A DNA stretch of 63,649 nucleotides, filler included, from Reclinomonas americana ATCC 50394 (Eukaryota), in the NCBI GenBank assembly GCA_048213135.1. It is 6 parts of 4 records of this genome, joined end to end, with 100 filler letters (N's around TTAATTAATTAA, not from the genome) between each part and the next. Parts side by side here need not be neighbours in the genome. Positions count along the whole stretch, not along the records: positions 44,297 to 52,346 come from PS015558.1; positions 52,447 to 60,651 come from PS015558.1; 4 more parts are not named here. The stretch is one strand, 5' to 3'. The notes beneath the pieces are model-generated. The model saw only the letters and a list, made by a program, of their open reading frames with translations, was not told the origin of the DNA and ran no database searches. The position numbers and the translations under genes were made by a program. This document shows, piece by piece, positions 44,651 to 57,446 of this stretch (position 1 is its first letter; each line of letters starts with the position of its first letter).

Positions 44651-47600
44651 ATGCAACGGTCGAAACGGTCACCATGGGGTTTCACCAAAGGGTACCGTAG
44701 CCCATCTTCTGGAGCCTGTTGCTGCGCTGCTTGCACGAGAATGTCATGCGTGCGTGACGACGTGTGGTCCCTCGTGCCTCCAGCAAGAAAAACCCGATTT
44801 GGTGGCCTCCTCTCTGTGCTGGTGGTGGCAGCCTGTATCGCTCTCACAGTTGTCCTCGCTCATCAAGGTCAGAAACCCTCACAGCTCCTTCCCCTTCACT
44901 CGCTCGCCTCACACTCCCCCTCTCTCAGAATGGGGACGCAAGATGATGGTCAGCGAGCTGATCCGTGAGGACAAGGCACCCACAATCAGCATCAGCTTTC
45001 AGTGCCCGTCTCCCGTCGATTCCGATCGCATTCTCGGCTGTTTCATGGAACAGCGCCGTGAGAGCACCTCCTCGTCTCCATGCACACCAGCACAGAGTTT
45101 GGTTTCTCCGCTTCGCATGCCCAAGTCGAGTCTCTTCCTCCCTCACACGCAGCGACATGCAGTGTCGATCACGGGCACTGGTGGGTGGATGTCACTGGCC
45201 GTGTGCCCCACTGGCGGTCCTGTGCATGTGACCACCGTGCTGCGAGCACCGACAAGCGCGGTGGTTACAGTCGCGCTCCTCAATCGACGGGTTACTCTCG
45301 GCGGTGCCGTCTTTGACCTGGAGATCACCGGTGAGTCTGCATCGTGGTCGACGATTGGTTGTGAGGCTGAATGACCGGAATGACACAGGAGTCCCATGGT
45401 CCGCATCTAGCAGTGTCACCCATCGCAATGTGTTTCTGGCGGGTTGGACCGCCGGCTGGAGTCCCACGGACGGCGTGTCGAGCTCGTGGATCTCACGTTG
45501 CGCAAACTTATTAATGTCACTTCTCCGTGCACGGCAATGACTGACACAGCTGTGCACACAGTCCTCGGTGACGTTATCATGAACGAGGCGCTGCCGGCGA
45601 CTTTGACATTCAAGTACAACAGCAATGTTGCGTGGCATCAGCCGCCGCACTCCCTGCATGTCTCCTTGCCTCACCGTCGTTCACCACGTTAGAATAATGG
45701 CTCATCATCGTCGTCGGCGCAAGTTGTAATCCCGAGTGTGCCAGTGGAGAGCGACGGCGACGCAGTGGCCTCCAGCAGCGTGTACAGGGCATCGACGGGT
45801 GGCAACTTGGACTTTAACTTTGGTGACGCCCCACTTCCTGTATAAATACATCGTTGGCATAACCATATGCACTGACGCCCCTTCTCCTGCGTGCAGTGCA
45901 ACGTGCGGATCGCATCAGCGAGACCTCGTTGACACTGACCGTGGCACCATTCAGGTGTGCAGGCACTTTCCCCTCTCTTTGTGCCGTCGGTGACACAGCG
46001 ACTGACCCATTCTGCTTGAAACCAGTGCAACTGGTGCCGCCAACACATTCCACACCATGAGCACCATCGCGTCGCCGGTGCCGTGGATGGTTCACGATAA
46101 CAAGCAGTCGCAAGTCGGTGACCTCGGTTCGCTTGCCACTGCGCGCACACGCCGCGTGGCGCAGTCCGACCCCGACTACGGCTTCACGTGCCCCACCAAC
46201 GCTGCGTTCGGTCCATGCGAGGCAGCCGTGTATCGCACCATTCGGCTGCCGCTTTCGTGGCGTGTGTGGATCAACACGAATTCGTGGCACAGCACACCGG
46301 CACTGATCGTCATCTGTGCCATTCTCGGTGGAGTCGTTTTCCTCGCAGCCGTAGGGTTCCTGCTCAAGCTCCTCGTCTCCAATGCGTGGCGCACGTTCGA
46401 TGAAGTAGGTTGCGCAACCATTCACTGCTCGCAACGGGTAAGCTGACGAAATGAGCACGATTGCAGGATGGGGCGTTGATGCCGAGTGGCGACGAGGAAA
46501 TGGCACTGGACAGATGTATGCGTTCATGCCGTCGCACATGCTACGTCCCGCGCTCACGACTCTCTTCTCAAAATAACTGTCCACTGACATGTGCGGTTGT
46601 GCGACAGGCAAGTGCAAGAAGCACAAATCGCCACGCGACAAACCGTCATTGCCAACTTTCGGTGCGATGGCTCCCTGCTCTCGAGAAGCATTCCGCCACG
46701 CAACTCACACGCCGCACATGTCGTGCACAGGCGACCAAGCAGCCAGTCCGACCTCATTTATGATGCGTTTGGAGCGCTATCTGCGCAGCGGCAGTGACCC
46801 AGCACCGGCCGACAGCGCAGGCGAGGAGGTGCATGTCCACGAGGTTTACATCGAACCTGAAGCGGCGGTGATTGTAGACGAAGTGGAACTTGATGTTGAC
46901 GAGGTGGAGGCTGTGCCAGAGGACAGCACTGGTCATCCGGCCGCTGAACACGACGACAATACGTCAGACCCCACAGAATGTTGCGTGTCCGTGTGCGTGC
47001 CCGTCGAACCAAAGAGTTTTATTATGGGCTCATGATCATGCTCTTTGTCTGCCCACTGTTCACATGTGCAGTTAGTCCACGTGACCAACCGCTGCCGTCA
47101 CCGCCGGCACCAGCCACATCGATTCATCCACCGACGCCACTTGTTCGTCAGCCGGGTCAGCGGAAGCCAACGGCGAAGCTCACTCGCTGGTCCAATTTCC
47201 GCGCCGAGAATCCGTCACGCACAGCACCACCACCACTGCCACCCACACCCGACGTCACCGGTGAGAGTGCTGGCGTGGACATCTGACCGTTCTCTCTCTC
47301 CCTCTCACACTAGTGTGCTTTGCAGCACAACGACGCATGTCGCAAAAAGTGACGCGCTCAAACAGCTCTAGAGGCCCGATTGTGCAGCAGCGATGGGCGC
47401 CCAGTTGCGTTCCTCCCACCCCATACCAACCCGCATTGCTCAAACAAGGATCTTCTCACCACCGTGTGTTTGTGTGTGCACAGGATCCACTCCTCGCGCG
47501 GTCGACGATCGCAAAGTTCGCGTCGTGCTCAGTATCGAGGTGGCCGACGGTGTGATGCGAGACATTGAATATCGTGACGGCGATGCCCCACTGGCACTGG

Positions 47601-47820
47601 CCTGCCAGTTCGTCGACAGGTGAGGAATCCCGAATGCCTCCCCCCACATCGATTGTATCGAATTCAACAAAATCTCCACTCTTTCTCTCCCCCTCTCCTC
47701 AGACACAACCTGCAACCTGGCGCCGTGGACATTATCGCCGCACGCCTGCAAGAACTCCTCGACGCCAGGAGGCGAGACTCGACTCCCAGCGTCTCACGGA
47801 CCTCATCGCCACCACAATGA
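44651..47820 (+). CDS. Uncharacterised two-TM protein with long cytoplasmic tail ending in a PFU-like domain
   Basis: DVWSLVPPARKTRFGGLLSVLVVAACIALTVVLA (TM1); TM2 LIVICAILGGVVFLAAVGFLLKLL; C-terminus VVLSIEVADGVMRDIEYRDGDAPLALACQFVDRHNL...IIAARLQELL. That this is a single gene is inferred from in-phase introns. Confidence 0.6.
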
Positions 47821-48157
47821 AACATTTTCGGACAATTTAGTTTTTAGACGAGATGTTTTGCAAGTTATTGCGGCTTCCTCTCGTCCTCTGCTCCAACCCC
47901 CGTCGCTGGCAGTCTGTGTTGCCCTGCTGGGTGCTGTCCAGCAGAGTGCCCGTGGAAGCACCGATTCACTTGCACTGGAATTTCGTTCGATTTCTCGAAA
48001 ATTGGTTTATTTGGCGCACACTGGAAAACCGAAGTGCCATAAAACCGCAGGCTGGAGATCGGTTTGCTCACACTAGCCCCTCTACGTCTTCGAGAGAGCG
48101 AAAGCCACTCACACAACAACAACAACACTCTTCCTTTTTACCACAAACCCATCCATC

Positions 48158-49436
48158 ATGAAGGTCGTCTGCGTCGGTGCTGGTTATGTCGGTGAGTCTC
48201 TCTCCCCCACCTCCCTCTCCCTCTCTTCCCTCTTCCTCACCACCACCCTTTCCCTTTCCCCCTCCCAGGTGGTCCCACCATGGCGGTGATGGCGCTCAAG
48301 TCGCCCGACGTGCAAGTGTGGGTGGTCGACCTCAATCGCACCCTCATTGACAAGTGGAACTCGGACAAGCTGCCGATCTACGAGCCGCAGCTGGAGGAGG
48401 TGGTGATGGCCTGCCGCGGCCGCAACCTGTTCTTCTCCTCCGACGTGATGGGCACGGTGCGCGACGCCGACNNNNNNNNNNNNNNNNNNNNNNNNNNNNN
48501 NNNNNNNNNNNNNNNNNNNNNNNNNNNNNNNNNNNNNNNNNNNNNNNNNNNNNNNNNNNNNNNNNNNNNNNNNNNNNNNNNNNNNNNNNNNNNNNNNNNN
48601 NNNNNNNNNNNNNNNNNNNNNNNNNNNNNNNNNNNNNNNNNNNNNNNNNNNNNNNNNNNNNNNNNNNNNNNNNNNNNNNNNNNNNNNNNNNNNNNNNNNN
48701 NNNNNNNNNNNNNNNNNNNNNNNNNNNNNNNNNNNNNNNNNNNNNNNNNNNNNNNNNNNNNNNNNNNNNNNNNNNNNNNNNNNNNNNNNNNNNNNNNNNN
48801 NNNNNNNNNNNNNNNNNNNNNNNNNNNNNNNNNNNNNNNNNNNNNNNNNNNNNNNNNNNNNNNNNNNNNNNNNNNNNNNNNNNNNNNNNNNNNNNNNNNN
48901 NNNNNNNNNNNNNNNNNNNNNNNNNNNNNNNNNNNNNNNNNNNNNNNNNNNNNNNNNNNNNNNNNNNNNNNNNNNNNNNNNNNNNNNNNNNNNNNNNNNN
49001 NNNNNNNNNNNNNNNNNNNNNNNNNNNNNNNNNNNNNNNNNNNNNNNNNNNNNNNNNNNNNNNNNNNNNNNNNNNNNNNNNNNNNNNNNNNNNNNNNNNN
49101 NNNNNNNNNNNNNNNNNNNNNNNNNNNNNNNNNNNNNNNNNNNNNNNNNNNNNNNNNNNNNNNNNNNNNNNNNNNNNNNNNNNNNNNNNNNNNNNNNNNN
49201 NNNNNNNNNNNNNNNNNNNNNNNNNNNNNNNNNNNNNNNNNNNNNNNNNNNNNNNNNNNNNNNNNNNNNNNNNNNNNNNNNNNNNNNNNNNNNNNNNNNN
49301 NNNNNNNNNNNNNNNNNNNNNNNNNNNNNNNNNNNNNNNNNNNNNNNNNNNNNNNNNNNNNNNNNNNNNNNNNNNNNNNNNGCCCAAGTCACCGAAGACG
49401 CCGACGCTGCGTGCGGCCCCGGCGGGTCACCACTAA
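48158..49436 (+). CDS. UGDH: UDP-glucose 6-dehydrogenase (most of the gene in a gap; 3' end tentative)
   Basis: MKVVCVGAGYV|GGPTMAVMALKSPD...VVDLN..IDKWNSDKLPIYEP.LEEVV..CRGRNLFFSSD. Confidence 0.93.
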
Positions 49437-49573
49437 TCACCACCACCACCTGCTTGGTTGGTAATTGTTTAGAGATGTGTGCGCAATTGTTTAGAAAAGA
49501 GGAGGAGGTCAACTGGGGGGAATGAAGACAAACGAAATGTCAAGTTACACTTGTGTAGCAAGGGGGTGCGATT

Positions 49574-52323
49574 TCAATCACGATCACCCGAGTTGGGAAC
49601 ATACGCTGCACGGCCCACACCGAGGTAGCGCACCAGTCCCCACGTGGCAGCCTCCCAAAGAACCAATCGCAGAGGTTCGATAATCACGGCGTGACCGACG
49701 TCACCGAGGAACGCTCCGAGAAGCTGCGAGGCGCATGTGAGAAAAAATGCATCGATGAACAACAACATGGGCAAGACGCACCACTTGCTGGTCATGATGC
49801 GTCGCGGCAAAGGACGCCATGGTGAGCAAGATCTCAAAGGTGACCCAGCCGGCCAGCAACAAGCACAGGATGTAGCCGACGTACACCAAGGCGTACGGCA
49901 GCTGCCTGGTGCGGACGAGATAGGCGTATCGTTGCCAGCGAGACTGCGTTGCACGGACAAGCAGATGCAAGTGAGCGGCCAATGCACAGGAAACAGACGA
50001 CGCCCATCTGGATACACACTGACCTTGAAGGCGGGTGGCGGTGGTTGCGAGGCTCGCACTTGTCGCTTGATCACATTGTTGGAGGTTTCGACGCTCGTGA
50101 CGCCACGCAGTGGGTTCGGATTGCGGATGGACTTGACGCAGTTGGTGAACACGTTGTTGGTGAAGTGCACACGTCCGGGCGTGGCTCGAACTCGAGTCTG
50201 TGTGCGGGTGTGCGCGCGTTGGATGAGGATACCGAAAAACATACACTTCGATGTGTACGGCAATTACCTCTGCTTCCGTCAGGCGGTACGCCTTGCCAAT
50301 GTCGGCGCCACTCTCCCGCAGCTGAGTAATCAGGTCATCCGTGGGACACAACTCGGCACCGAACCCGTAGCCAAGCAGCGTGTCGTGCGAGATGACCAAG
50401 TTCTCAAACAGGATCTCCGACACTGGCAGGTAGCGACGGCGCTCCGACTCCGACATGAATTCCTTCATGCGCAAGGACGACGACGAAGGCGACAGCATTT
50501 GCATCTCGGATTCGAGTTCGAATTCCGACGGCGGCGAGTCACGCCACGCGTCTGAGGCCGTGGTGTGCAATCGAAGCGATACATCCAGTGGATTGCGCGT
50601 GCTGTACGTCAGCAACGCGCTATCCGTGTGTGCGGCACTGTGGTCCGTGTCGGACGGGTGCACGCTGGCGTCACGGCTGGACGGCTGCCGCTGCGAGGCA
50701 CTCAGCGCAGCCACGCCAACGCGAACAGCTACACGCTGCTCGCGCGGCAGAGTGTCCGAGTTGTCGACTTGCAACACGGCCATGTGCACTTCGTGACCGC
50801 AGAACATGAGCACACCGCTCTTGGTGCGTACGTTGGCGGGCACTGTGATCGGCGGGTACACGCCAGGGCGCAAGTAAATCACACTCGGCAACATCGTCGA
50901 CGACTCGAGTAGCGATTGGAGCGTCGTGCTGTCGGGCCCGGCAGACTCGGGCGGGTCCACAAACACAAAGTCGCTGGAGTCCTTGATGCGTTGCAGCTCG
51001 GCCTTTTCCACTCGCGGTGGCCAGAAGATTTCCGACACACGCTGCGCGACCTCTGTGACACAAAAGAGTGAGCAAACGGGACATGAAGGAGAGCTCTGGC
51101 AACAGCGAGAGACCAGGGCTGAGGGCGGCATCCGACGTCCACCACGAGTTGAACTCGTCCTCTGTGCGCCGACAGCAGCGCCCACTGACGCTGCCGTTGA
51201 GCCAGCGACGCATGTCAGTTTTCATCCATTCCAAACCGCGAACGCGGATCTTTTCCGACTGTGACATTTTCATGAATGGTAAGCACGCGATGTGATACCG
51301 TGGCTCAAGCGAGCGTGAGTGACACTCACCTTGCACGCGCGCACAAACAGCAAGAACGCCGCCAGAATGCTTCCGCGATTTTCGGCCTCGAACAACGCCT
51401 GCTGCAACAGCACCGTTGTCGTGCTCGAGCACAGACGCATGGGGCGCGTCTCCTGCACAGCGAGAGAAAATTCAGTGCTGCATGTTGTCAGCTTGCCCCT
51501 TCAAGTGAATAGAATGAAAAACCTTGGCTGCCGATGACCGGACCGCCTTGGCCTTGCAGTAAAACTGTATGCGGTAGCCGTCGGGTCCCGGGATGGACGA
51601 CGCGTTGGACAGGGACGGATCGTCGCGGTCAATCAGATACGAGCGGAAGAGTGCCGACGTGGCTTCCTCGTCTCGTTTCTGCTTCGAGCGCTTTTCCTGC
51701 ACACAATGCGGTTGGCGACACATGCTCTCTCTACCACGCGCGGAGACAGATGCGCACGCACCTTGGAGAGTGAGATGGAGGGAATCTCAAATGTCGCCTG
51801 CCAGAACTGCACGCCCGTGTCGGCCACGAAGCGCACCTCGCGGTCACGGGCATCGGGGTCGGTGCGCGCCGTGTCCGGTGGTGCCAGTGGATCCTCAGCG
51901 CTCACAGGGTCGTCGGCTGCACCGAGTTGTGAGAAAAACAAACACAAAGCCGACAACAGCGCCATGGCCACTTACCAATAATGAGTGGCGGCGCGGACGG
52001 CAACTTCATCGACGGCACTGACGATTTGCGGAACGATGACGACGACGATGACTGACTGGAATCACTCATGCCCGCCGACGACTCCATCGACATGTCCGTC
52101 GCCATGGAGGCCCAGGAACTGCTGCTGGCCAGCGACGAGCCTTGCTGTTGGACACTGTTGAACGACGACATGCGAGAGATGGAGTTGAACGAATCCGAGT
52201 GGCCGAGTGCCGTTGGCGCCGTCGGGACGCAGTAAATGGTGGAGACGTGATCGGCGGAGAGGCCGGCACCGAGATCGTAGGTGCGATGCAGCTGCTGCGC
52301 CCGCTGGAATTCCATGACGGACT
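49574..52323 (-). CDS. Uncharacterised protein, possible beta-helix region and C-terminal TM segments (5' end in gap)
   Basis: Long coding-like exons joined by GT-AG introns. TLQSLL...VIYLRPGVY, ILFENLVI and HFTNNVFTNC resemble pectin-lyase-fold motifs. The C-terminus is hydrophobic (ALVYVGYILCLLLAGWVTFEILL). Confidence 0.5.
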
Positions 52324-52447
52324 CTGAATGGGGGCGGGGGCAAAAANNNNNNNNNNNNNNNNNNNNNNNNNNNNNNNNNNNNNNNNNNNNTTAATTAATT
52401 AANNNNNNNNNNNNNNNNNNNNNNNNNNNNNNNNNNNNNNNNNNNNG

Positions 52448-54239
52448 TAGGGGGGGTCACAGCAGGTGGGGGACGCGGGGACGCCCTTTTTTTTGACCGG
52501 TGGAGGGCGGGGGACTTCTGGCAGAAAATGGGTGGGGGGCGGGGGGCGTTGCCCTGCTCAAGGTGGGGGACGCAGGTCCCCCGAACGGGCCTGCACAGCT
52601 GCCGGATGAGGACTTCACAACTGAAAACGTACGGTTTACATAAGAAACCGATAAGCTCAGAACAGCAACAGCGGCTTGTGCAACACCTCGCATAGATCAG
52701 ATGGTATCACATGTGTCTAATTCGTCTGATCCTTGCGCTATGCGTCCCACAGCTCAAAGGCGGCCGTAGAGAGCCCCGATAATTCAAGAGCGACGATGGC
52801 TGTGCGCTGCGGCGTCGCCTGCGTCGACAGAGTGGCAGCGCTAGCCCTCACTCAGAGCCACATATAGCAAACATGCTGGCGGCAACTATCATGTGTGTCG
52901 TTGCTCTGCAAACCCGATCAATCGCCGAACACGATGACGATTTGACGAACTGAATGAGCACAAAAATGCATGCTCCATCTCCATGTACATTCGCTTGAGG
53001 TTCAGGCCAACTTGGAATGTGTGACATGCAGCATTATGCTGCAAGACAGCCAACCATTACTCGTACGTCTCTGAAGTTGCTTTGCTTTCCACGATGATTA
53101 TATTACACGAATTCAGTTCCATCCAGTCGAATGAACGAGCGCATGCACCTCTTTTGCGCCTGCAACTGGCCTCTTGTGCACCGTTGTTGCGTACTGGCTG
53201 CGATCGCACTCGTTTACTTCCCGAGCAGCATCCTCCACGTTGATGTCCAAAGCCACTCTCTGTCACAGATGACGAGATACGACCAGCAAAAGTCAAGCAC
53301 AAAAAACAGAAACGCGCTTCGCGCGGCTGTATTACAACTGTCTTGGAATTCATTGAATATCTTGCGCGTCATGCGCGCGCACGCGCACGTACCTTATTGC
53401 GGGCACGTCAGGCGCGCATCCCACTGCGCTTTACCACGCGCGCTGCTGCCCATGCTTGAATCGCACTCGGATGCGCAATCATGCACGACGGTCGCCTTGA
53501 CACGCAACCATCGCTCGTAACGCACTCTATGAACTGGAACGGCGCTGGTCATCGCCACCACCTCCTCAGTCCAGCGCTGCATGCATATGGTGTGCAAGCG
53601 CACCACTGCGTGCACCATCGAAACTCTACACAACAGCAGCAGCAGGCAGTGCTTGAGGCGAGCAGGGAAAGCCTCACCTTGCAGCGGCTCAGCCTGAGAG
53701 TGGCTGCACAGGATGTACAACGCAGCGAGGAGCACACATTCCACAAGCGAGAGACACGGTGTCAAGAATGACCCCACGCGATCGCGACGAGTGCATTCCA
53801 AGTAACAGACGATCGTAGCGTGCGGTTCCATGATTAGCACAAAGGACTACGAGGGGGAGGCACGCAGGCGCGCAGCCCTGGGAGAGGAGAGGGAACAACG
53901 TGTGCACTCACCAATCCGACACACAAAAATGACACAAATCCCTGTCAGGGAACAAGGCCAGAACGCGGAAAAGCGGCCACTGGCGTGCCTGGGGGATAGG
54001 GCAACAAAAGACAGCACACCGGTGCCACGCACCACTGTGTGCAACGAGTCCACTTCCATTTTGTTCGACATTCTTGGTGTGCTGAGCACAGAAACGATGC
54101 TCTGCCACTCGCCTGAGCGTGAGCAGGGCGGGGGACTGGGTGGAGGATGCGGAAGGGTGGGGGACGCCGCGAAGCGGCCGAAAAAGGGTGGGGGACAGAG
54201 ACAATCCAAGCGAGCCAAAAAGGCTGTGACCCCCCCCTG
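52448..54239. mobile_element. Putative non-autonomous DNA transposon with ~16-bp TIRs (hAT-like termini)
   Basis: The left end TAGGGGGGGTCACAGC (52448-52463) matches the right end GCTGTGACCCCCCCCTG (54223-54239; reverse complement CAGGGGGGGGTCACAGC). The subterminal motif GGTGGGGGAC occurs twice near each end (about 52465, 52562, 54157, 54187). No intact transposase was seen, and the TSD is hidden by the gap. Confidence 0.7.
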
Positions 54240-54288
54240 AATACTGTGTCGGTCTTTTTTTCGCAAACACACGCAGAGAGAGAAGTGA

Positions 54289-54890
54289 ATGGGTGCTCGT
54301 GGCTCTCGTGCAAGTGGATCGGCGTCTGGCTCTGGTGCACGTGAGGCACCGGACTATGTGAAGGCATTCTGTATTACTGCCACCAAGCAGCACTTTGAGG
54401 AGCCCGCGGGCAATGCGGTGTGTTGCATTGAGGAATGCACCCTCGCCACCTCATCACTCAAGTCTCTCATTCGCCACAGCTGATCGCCCCCGTAAGTCTG
54501 TACACTGCGCTGGGTGAGCTCTCCTCCGTGAGTGCGTGTTTGTGTGGTGTTTTCCCCTTGACTCACCTCCTTCGTGTCGTCAGCGATGTGCTTGCCTGGT
54601 GCTCGTGAGGCCACTCTCGACACACTGGCTCGCCTGCTTGGTGTGCCTGCGGGCGACGAAAGCGTTCATGAGCTGGTTGCGTTGAACAGTGCATCACTCG
54701 CACTCCTCTGTGTTCTCTCACTCTTCTCTCTGCCTCAGTTCTCCGAGCTGCTTGCATCCGTGGAGCACATCTCGCAGTCCACCAGCACCGTGATTGAGAT
54801 GGCGACGGCCGTGTGGGTGCGCGAAGGGCTGCTGTTGGTGCCCGAGTGCGTGACAACACTGCAGCGCTACTATCGTGGTAAGTGATGGGG

Positions 54891-54958
<68 letters not shown>

Positions 54959-55600
54959 GAGGAGGAGACGGTACGTACGTACGTACGTACGTACGTACGT
55001 ACGTACGTACGTACGTACGTACGTACGTACGTCGTACGTCGTACGTCGTACGTCGTACGTACGTACGTCGTACGTACGTACGTCGTACGTACGTACGTAC
55101 NNNNNNNNNNNNNNNNNNNNNNNNNNNNNNNNNNNNNNNNNNNNNNNNNNNNNNNNNNNNNNNNNNNNNNNNNNNNNNNNNNNNNNNNNNNNNNNNNNNN
55201 NNNNNNNNNNNNNNNNNNNNNNNNNNNNNNNNNNNNNNNNNNNNNNNNNNNNNNNNNNNNNNNNNNNNNNNNNNNNNNNNNNNNNNNNNNNNNNNNNNNN
55301 NNNNNNNNNNNNNNNNNNNNNNNNNNNNNNNNNNNNNNNNNNNNNNNNNNNNNNNNNNNNNNNNNNNNNNNNNNNNNNNNNNNNNNNNNNNNNNNNNNNN
55401 NNNNNNNNNNNNNNNNNNNNNNNNNNNNNNNNNNNNNNNNNNNNNNNNNNNNNNNNNNNNNNNNNNNNNNNNNNNNNNNNNNNNNNNNNNNNNNNNNNNN
55501 NNNNNNNNNCGGTGTAGTCGTCCGTCGTCCGTCGTCGACATCGACAGCGACGCGTCGGTTACGTCTGCTCGTACCGTACACTCCGTCCGTTCGGCCGTAC

Positions 55601-55639
<39 letters not shown>

Positions 55640-56703
55640 AGAGAGCGTACTTCATCGCAAGTTTTCGCTCGGAACAACTCTTTGTGATCGTGACTCTTTC
55701 GTGCCTGCACAGCCAAGTGCCTTGTCGGTGACAACCCGAACGCGTGGTGCGCCGAGCAGACGCACGGCAAGATCCCCGTTATCGTCGAAGACATGCGTGG
55801 AGTGGAATGCGTGGTGCTCTCTGCCGTCTACTTCAAGGGCAAGTGGGCGACGCCGTTTGCGAAGCGATCCACTGCACCGGGCAACTTCTCCCTCCTCAGC
55901 GGAGGAGAGAAGCAGGTCAACATGATGACGGTTACCGGGGAGTTTGAGCACGCGGAGACGGCGACCTACGAGGTGAGTCTCCTGCCAGTCTGGCATATTT
56001 TATCCTCTCGCTCTCACGCGTGCATGTGCACGCAGGCTGTGCGCCTCCCGTACGAGGACGGCGAGTATGCAGCTGCGATTGTGGTGCCACTCATCGCCGA
56101 CATGAAGGAGTTCCTCAGAGGGTTCTTTGCGGAGGGTGGCCTCAACGGCATTGACTTCTCGCCGCCTGTCAAGGGCACGGTGCAACTTCCGCGATTCAAG
56201 ATCGAGACCCAAGCCTCGCTCAAACCGCTGCTGCTGAGCATGGGCCTGCACGAGAAGGACTTTTTCGCCAGTCCCGATTTCCGCAACCTCTTCCAAGATC
56301 AGCCGAGCGACTTGCAAGTGACCGATGTGTTTCAACGGTTTGAACATGCCACCTCGACATATCAACTCTGTGTTCTGAACTCCGGTTTCCTACGACCTGC
56401 AGAGTGTTCATCGAGTGCAACGAAGAGGGCACACAGGCCGCGGCAGCCACGGTACGCGAGTGGTAATCGTGTGCTGTCTCTTGCACATGCAACACTGCGA
56501 CTCATTCTCGTTGTACAGGCTGTGGTGATGTCGCGATGCATGCCATTCCGCTTTGCTGCTGACCGCCCATTCCTATTCATCGTGCACTCGCACGGCATGG
56601 TTCGTGGATCTGTCAACAACATGATTGTCTCTCGACCGAGAATTCTTCTCACTTTCATCTGCAGATGCACTTTGTCGCACTCGTCGCCGATCCCGTCGAG
56701 TAA
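54289..56703 (+). CDS. Serpin, copy 1 (N-terminal MGARGS; RCL EEGTQAAAAT|AVVMSRCMP)
   Basis: NA|LIAPVSLYTAL|AMCLPGAREAT; NAWCAEQTHGKI; AVYFKGKWATPF; VRLPY; LPRFKIE; FAADRPFLFIV; HFVALVADP. Nine exons. Confidence 0.93.
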
Positions 56704-57219
56704 TGTGCACTGAATTGTCGAAGTCAGTATATTGATGACCGAGTACGCACCACCAACAAGCTCTCCATCAATTAATACCGCTACTGGTACCACGAGTGAT
56801 TGTTCCCTTTTTCTTTTCATCATGATCACCTGTGGTGTGTGTGGCAGTGGTGATCACAGCAGCCACTTCTTCGGTATCGCCGAGCGCTGCGATGATCACC
56901 ATTGATCTTGAAGGTTTCGAACAGATGGCCTTCTGTTGACTTGTAATACAACTGCCTGAGTGTGTACTTGCTGCGAGTCCACCTGACCTTGTTACGCCAC
57001 CGGTCTTTGTACATGGTGGACATAACCAAGATTGTGGTTTGCAAGTTTGCACGGTCAGTTTTGGCACTTGGATACACCGCGAGGGGCGAGCGAGCAAGCC
57101 GAGAGAGACCGAGACAGGCCCAGAGCTTGCTGCAATCTGCAGCTGCGAATCGCTTGCTCGGCTCCGGAGGACAAGTATTTTTGCCGCAGAGAAAAAGGCG
57201 AGAGCGTGGACCACCAGGG

Positions 57220-57410
57220 ATGCAGCATGAAGCACCAGATCATGTGAAGGCATTCGGTATCGCTGCCACCAAGCAGCACTTGGAGGAGCCGGCGGGGAAT
57301 GCGGTGTGTGTTACATGCATTGAAGAATGAACCTCGTCTCCTCATCACTCAAGTCTCTCCTCCGTCGTAGCTGATTGCCCCCGTAAGTCTGTACACTGCG
57401 CTGGGTGAGC

Positions 57411-57446
<36 letters not shown>

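Noticed and set aside
52900..53850. Transposase remnant inside the TIR element (e.g. AACHTFQ on the minus strand)
   Set aside because: The resemblance is too weak and is interrupted by stops; it cannot be supported without a profile search.
54971..55600. (GTAC)n palindromic repeat as a Z-DNA or cruciform element in a serpin intron
   Set aside because: It sits at contig ends after a long (GA)n run, matches the TACG pyrosequencing flow order, and is absent from the paralogous intron. It is probably read noise; raw reads would settle it.
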